The translations under genes and the position numbers were made by a program. The notes beneath the pieces are model-generated. The model was not told the DNA's origin and did not search any database. It saw nothing but the letters and a program-made list of their open reading frames with translations. This document shows positions 18,003 to 21,010 of a stretch of 21,010 nucleotides of DNA, piece by piece; positions within the stretch are counted from its first letter, which is position 1, and each line of letters opens with the position of its first letter. The stretch spans positions 1 to 21,010 of the forward strand of contig JAZBOO010000340.1 in NCBI GenBank assembly GCA_036351155.1. The letters run 5' to 3'. The DNA comes from Candidatus Krumholzibacteriia bacterium (GTDB lineage: Bacteria > Krumholzibacteriota > Krumholzibacteriia > LZORAL124-64-63).

Positions 18003-19079
18003 CTAGAGATTCCCGCGTTTGGCCTGCTCCTGTTCGATGGTCTCGAACAGAGCCCTGAAGTTTCCCTTGCCGAAGCTTTCACTGCCCCGACGCTGGATGA
18101 TCTCGATGAAGAATGTGGGCCGATCCTGCAGCGGCTTGGTGAACAGCTGCAGCAGGTAGCCGGTGTCGTCCTGATCCACCAGGATGCGCAGGTCCTTGAC
18201 CCGTTCCTTGTCCTCGATGATCTCGTTCATCCGGTCGCCAATGACCTCGTAGTATCCCTCCGGTACGGGCAGAAAATCCACGCCGTTGGCCCGCAGGGCG
18301 GCAATGGTTTCCAGGATGTCGTCGGTACGCAAGGCCAGATGCTGCACCCCGGCCGTCAAGTTGGCGTCGATGTACTCCTGGATCTGGCTTCGCTTTCGCC
18401 CCTCGGCGGGTTCGTTGATGGGGAACTTGATGACCCGATCATCCGAGGCCACCACGGTACTGCGCAGGGCGGTGAACTCGGTGCTGATGTCCTTGTCGTC
18501 ATAGGAGACGAACCGGTCCATACCCAGGGTGTCCCGGTACCAGTTGACCCAGCGGTCCATCTGCATGTCTTCCACGTTGCCGACCACATGGTCGATGCAC
18601 TGCAAGCCCACACCCTGTCCCTTGATTTCACGGATTTCGAAGCCGGGCAGGAAACCTCGGTAACCATCCCGCTGAATGAAGGTGTGCAGGGTTTCCCCGT
18701 AGGTGCGAATGGAAGCGGTCTGAATGCTGCCGAGGTCATCCTGGACCGTCTCCGGGGCCCGGAAAGCACGTGCGCCCGCCGTCACGGTCTGCTCGAAAAT
18801 CTCGGCCACGTTTTCACATTCGAAAGCGATGTCCCGCACTCCGTCCCCGTGCAACATCAGCCACGTGCTCAGAGGATCATCGTGCCGCAGCGGGGTGGTC
18901 AGGATCATCCAGATATCCCCCTGTTTCAGCACATAGGAAGCCCGGTCCGGAGTCCCGGTTTCAGGTCCACGGTAGGCAATCTGATCAAATCCGAAGGCCT
19001 GGCGATAGAAAAAAGCGGCCTGCTTGGCATTGCCCACCACGAATTCCACGTGGTGAATACGACTGGGAGCCTTGGGCAT
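18003..19079 (-). CDS. hppD: 4-hydroxyphenylpyruvate dioxygenase
   Basis: HVEFVVGNAKQAA, HGDGVRDIAF, IDHVVGNV, PINEP, SQIQEY, GVQHLAL, LLQLFT, EIIQR, FGKGNF (His/His/Glu Fe triad). AGGAGG RBS. Confidence 0.97.
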   Translation of the reverse strand: MPKAPSRIHHVEFVVGNAKQAAFFYRQAFGFDQIAYRGPETGTPDRASYVLKQGDIWMILTTPLRHDDPLSTWLMLHGDGVRDIAFECENVAEIFEQTVTAGARAFRAPETVQDDLGSIQTASIRTYGETLHTFIQRDGYRGFLPGFEIREIKGQGVGLQCIDHVVGNVEDMQMDRWVNWYRDTLGMDRFVSYDDKDISTEFTALRSTVVASDDRVIKFPINEPAEGRKRSQIQEYIDANLTAGVQHLALRTDDILETIAALRANGVDFLPVPEGYYEVIGDRMNEIIEDKERVKDLRILVDQDDTGYLLQLFTKPLQDRPTFFIEIIQRRGSESFGKGNFRALFETIEQEQAKRGNL

Positions 19080-19126
19080 GGTATCGATCCTCCTGTTCCA
19101 CCTGTTGAAATTGTTAAATCACGACA

Positions 19127-19155
19127 GGGTTAGTGCGTTTTGCTTCAACTGTCAA
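19127..19155 (-). promoter_or_regulatory. Possible sigma-70 promoter of the hppD operon
   Basis: On the minus strand, perfect TTGACA (19155-19150) - 17 nt - TAACCC (19132-19127, weak -10), followed by an AT-rich leader. Confidence 0.4.
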
Positions 19156-19176
19156 CCGGTCGGACACGCAACCCGC

Positions 19177-19203
19177 TCAATTTTGCCTTGAACCTGCCGA
19201 TAT
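19177..19203 (+). promoter_or_regulatory. Sigma-28 (FliA/SigD)-like promoter
   Basis: TCAA (19177-19180) - 15 nt - GCCGATAT (19196-19203) versus consensus TAAA-N15-GCCGATAA; 29 nt upstream of ATG 19233. Confidence 0.6.
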
Positions 19204-19232
19204 ATCCTTCCAGAACACGATGCGGAGGATAA

Positions 19233-21010
19233 ATGCCGGCGGGCAGAACCCTGGGAAAAGCTTTGTCTTTTTTTCGCTCAAAATCTGGTTCAGGTGTGGA
19301 ACGCCGGGTATGGTCCCTGGTCGTTGCCGGCATTTTAACCGGGGCCACCCTGGGAGCCATCTTTTTCGCCCAGGAGGCGCAACTCAACCGGAACCGCGAC
19401 GAGGCCCGCCATCGCCTCCTGGCCGCCAACGACCTTCAAAGCCGGTTTTCCCATGCCCTGGACCAGAGGTTGTTCCATGCTCTTTCTCTGGCCCGCAGCC
19501 GGCTGGATGACCAGTGGAGCGCTGCCGACCTGGAGGCCTACTCCCAGCTGGGAGATCAGCTCCAGTCCCTGCTCCTTGAGCTGGACTCCTTCAGTGCAGA
19601 GATGGATCTCGGTGTGAGGTTCGATGATCTGAGCACCGCCCTCACGGGCTGGGAAATGGTGGCCCTGAAGGTGCTCGACCTCCGGGCCCAGTATCTGCAA
19701 ATTGCCTACCTGGCCCGGGATCAGGCCGAATCAGGTCACCGCGCGAATCTCCAGTTGCTGGCTGCCATCAAGCAGCTGGAAGACCAGTTCTTGCTGGAAG
19801 ATGCGGCGGCCAGAAAACATCTGAGCGGAACCCTGTCCCATCCGAGCGACCAGAATCCGCTGGCCGAGGCCACCCGGGATTACCTGACCACCCGTTCCAC
19901 CCTGATCAGCGGACCCGTCCGGGAAATGCTTCTTCTGGCCAGTGAAAGCCGCGAGGCCACTTCCGATCTGCTGGCCTCCCGGACCACCGAAGCCGCCCAG
20001 AGAATCTCCACGGAACAGCTGATTCCGGCCCTCGACGGTCTGACCAGAAACTGGGCTGATCTGGACCTGATCGTGGGTCACCAGAACCGCCTGGGACCAT
20101 TGCTGGAGGAAATCCAGACCAGGACCGCCGAGATCAGAGTCATCCTGCTCGGACAAGTTCACCCTGTCCCCGCTTCCGGCTTGTATCAGATGCAGTTTCG
20201 CAGCCTGCTTCTGGGCAAAGACCTGGACGCCCTTGTGCCCCAGCTGGAGGCTGCGACCCTCGAGGCATCCTATGCCTTGCAGGACCTGGAGTATGGACTC
20301 CGGCTGAGGAGCCGCCATGAGCAGCAGGCACTGGCCAACCTGGCCGGTCAGCGCCTGGCCGGCCTGGTGGCGCTGGCCGTCTCCCTCTGTTTTCTGTTCC
20401 TGCTGATGGCCAGGCATATCACCCGGTCGGTGACCCGTATTCGCCGCCGTGAGATGGAAGCGGCCGCCCAGCTGGCTCTGACCAGCAAACGGTTTTCAGA
20501 CATCGCCCTGGCCTCGGGGGACTGGGTCTGGGAAACAGACCGCCGGGGAGTGTTCACCTATGTGACGGGCAACCTCGGCCCCACGCTGGGCCGCCCTGCC
20601 GAGGAGCTGGTCGGGCAATCGTATCTGAATTTCCTGCCGGAGTCCGAAAAACGCCGGGTCCGGCGGATCATGCTCCTGGCGCTCAAGGAGAAAAAACCCA
20701 TTCAGGACGTGGAGCACTGGGTGGTGCACCACAGCGGCCGGGAAGTGGCCGTGATGACCAACGGCGTGCCCATCCTGGATCGCCACGGCCAGGTCAAGGG
20801 CTTCCGCGGCGTGAACAAGGACATCACACGCACCCTGGACGCCCGCATGCAGCTTCTGGAGGCCAAGGAAGAGGCCGAGGCCGCCAATGTCCGGCTGGAG
20901 ATCACCGCGGCCCAGGCCAACGAAATGGCCCAGGCGGCCGAGGCGGCCAATGCGGCCAAGAGTCAGTTCCTGGCCACCATGAGCCACGAAATCCGGACGC
21001 CCATGAACGG
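19233..21010 (+). CDS. Membrane sensor histidine kinase, 3'-truncated by the window end (TM - large extracytoplasmic domain - TM - PAS - HisKA)
   Basis: Absent from the ORF track because it has no stop in the window. Manual translation: ATG 19233 after GGAGG; TM1 VWSLVVAGILTGATLGAIFFA; TM2 LAGLVALAVSLCFLFLLMA; PAS DWVWETD...GFRGVNKDIT; H-box KSQFLATMSHEIRTPMN (His codon 20985). Confidence 0.93.
   Translation, partial: MPAGRTLGKALSFFRSKSGSGVERRVWSLVVAGILTGATLGAIFFAQEAQLNRNRDEARHRLLAANDLQSRFSHALDQRLFHALSLARSRLDDQWSAADLEAYSQLGDQLQSLLLELDSFSAEMDLGVRFDDLSTALTGWEMVALKVLDLRAQYLQIAYLARDQAESGHRANLQLLAAIKQLEDQFLLEDAAARKHLSGTLSHPSDQNPLAEATRDYLTTRSTLISGPVREMLLLASESREATSDLLASRTTEAAQRISTEQLIPALDGLTRNWADLDLIVGHQNRLGPLLEEIQTRTAEIRVILLGQVHPVPASGLYQMQFRSLLLGKDLDALVPQLEAATLEASYALQDLEYGLRLRSRHEQQALANLAGQRLAGLVALAVSLCFLFLLMARHITRSVTRIRRREMEAAAQLALTSKRFSDIALASGDWVWETDRRGVFTYVTGNLGPTLGRPAEELVGQSYLNFLPESEKRRVRRIMLLALKEKKPIQDVEHWVVHHSGREVAVMTNGVPILDRHGQVKGFRGVNKDITRTLDARMQLLEAKEEAEAANVRLEITAAQANEMAQAAEAANAAKSQFLATMSHEIRTPMN

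Noticed and set aside
19101..19128. Imperfect dyad CCTGT-TGAAATTGTTAAATCACG-ACAGG in the hppD leader as a TyrR/PhhR, CRP or FNR box
   Set aside because: It does not fit TGTAAA-N6-TTTACA, TGTGA-N6-TCACA or TTGAT-N4-ATCAA, and the symmetry is too weak to call.
19133..20987. Short ORFs listed in the last 1.9 kb (e.g. 19133..19510 +, 19731..20417 -, 20496..20987 -)
   Set aside because: All overlap the real + strand histidine kinase frame starting at 19233.

Overview
GC-rich bacterial chromosomal window; no RNA genes, CRISPR array or mobile-element genes are recognisable. Left to right: the 3' end of an unknown CDS; a 3-methyladenine DNA glycosylase (mpg); a near-perfect 41-bp inverted repeat; and a four-gene ABC exporter (ATPase-permease-ATPase-permease, minus strand). 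Divergent from the exporter, an atypical S-adenosylmethionine synthetase is translationally coupled to a methionine gamma-lyase-like PLP enzyme and followed by an intrinsic terminator. Next come a cation:proton antiporter fused to a PTS EIIA domain, then a hybrid PAS/GAF histidine kinase with two stand-alone receivers. A minus-strand tyrosine-catabolism operon follows in exact pathway order: hppD - hmgA - uncharacterised gene - fahA - acetoacetate-CoA ligase. The window ends in a truncated second membrane histidine kinase (missing from the ORF track) behind a sigma-28-like promoter. Best lead: the uncharacterised gene 15876-16811 sits exactly where the missing maleylacetoacetate isomerase should be and has no GST-zeta/MaiA features, so it is a candidate new glutathione-independent isomerase. 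Second lead: the MetK carries substitutions at normally invariant positions, including the Met-binding Glu changed to Gln. All calls come from reading motifs by eye; no searches were run.
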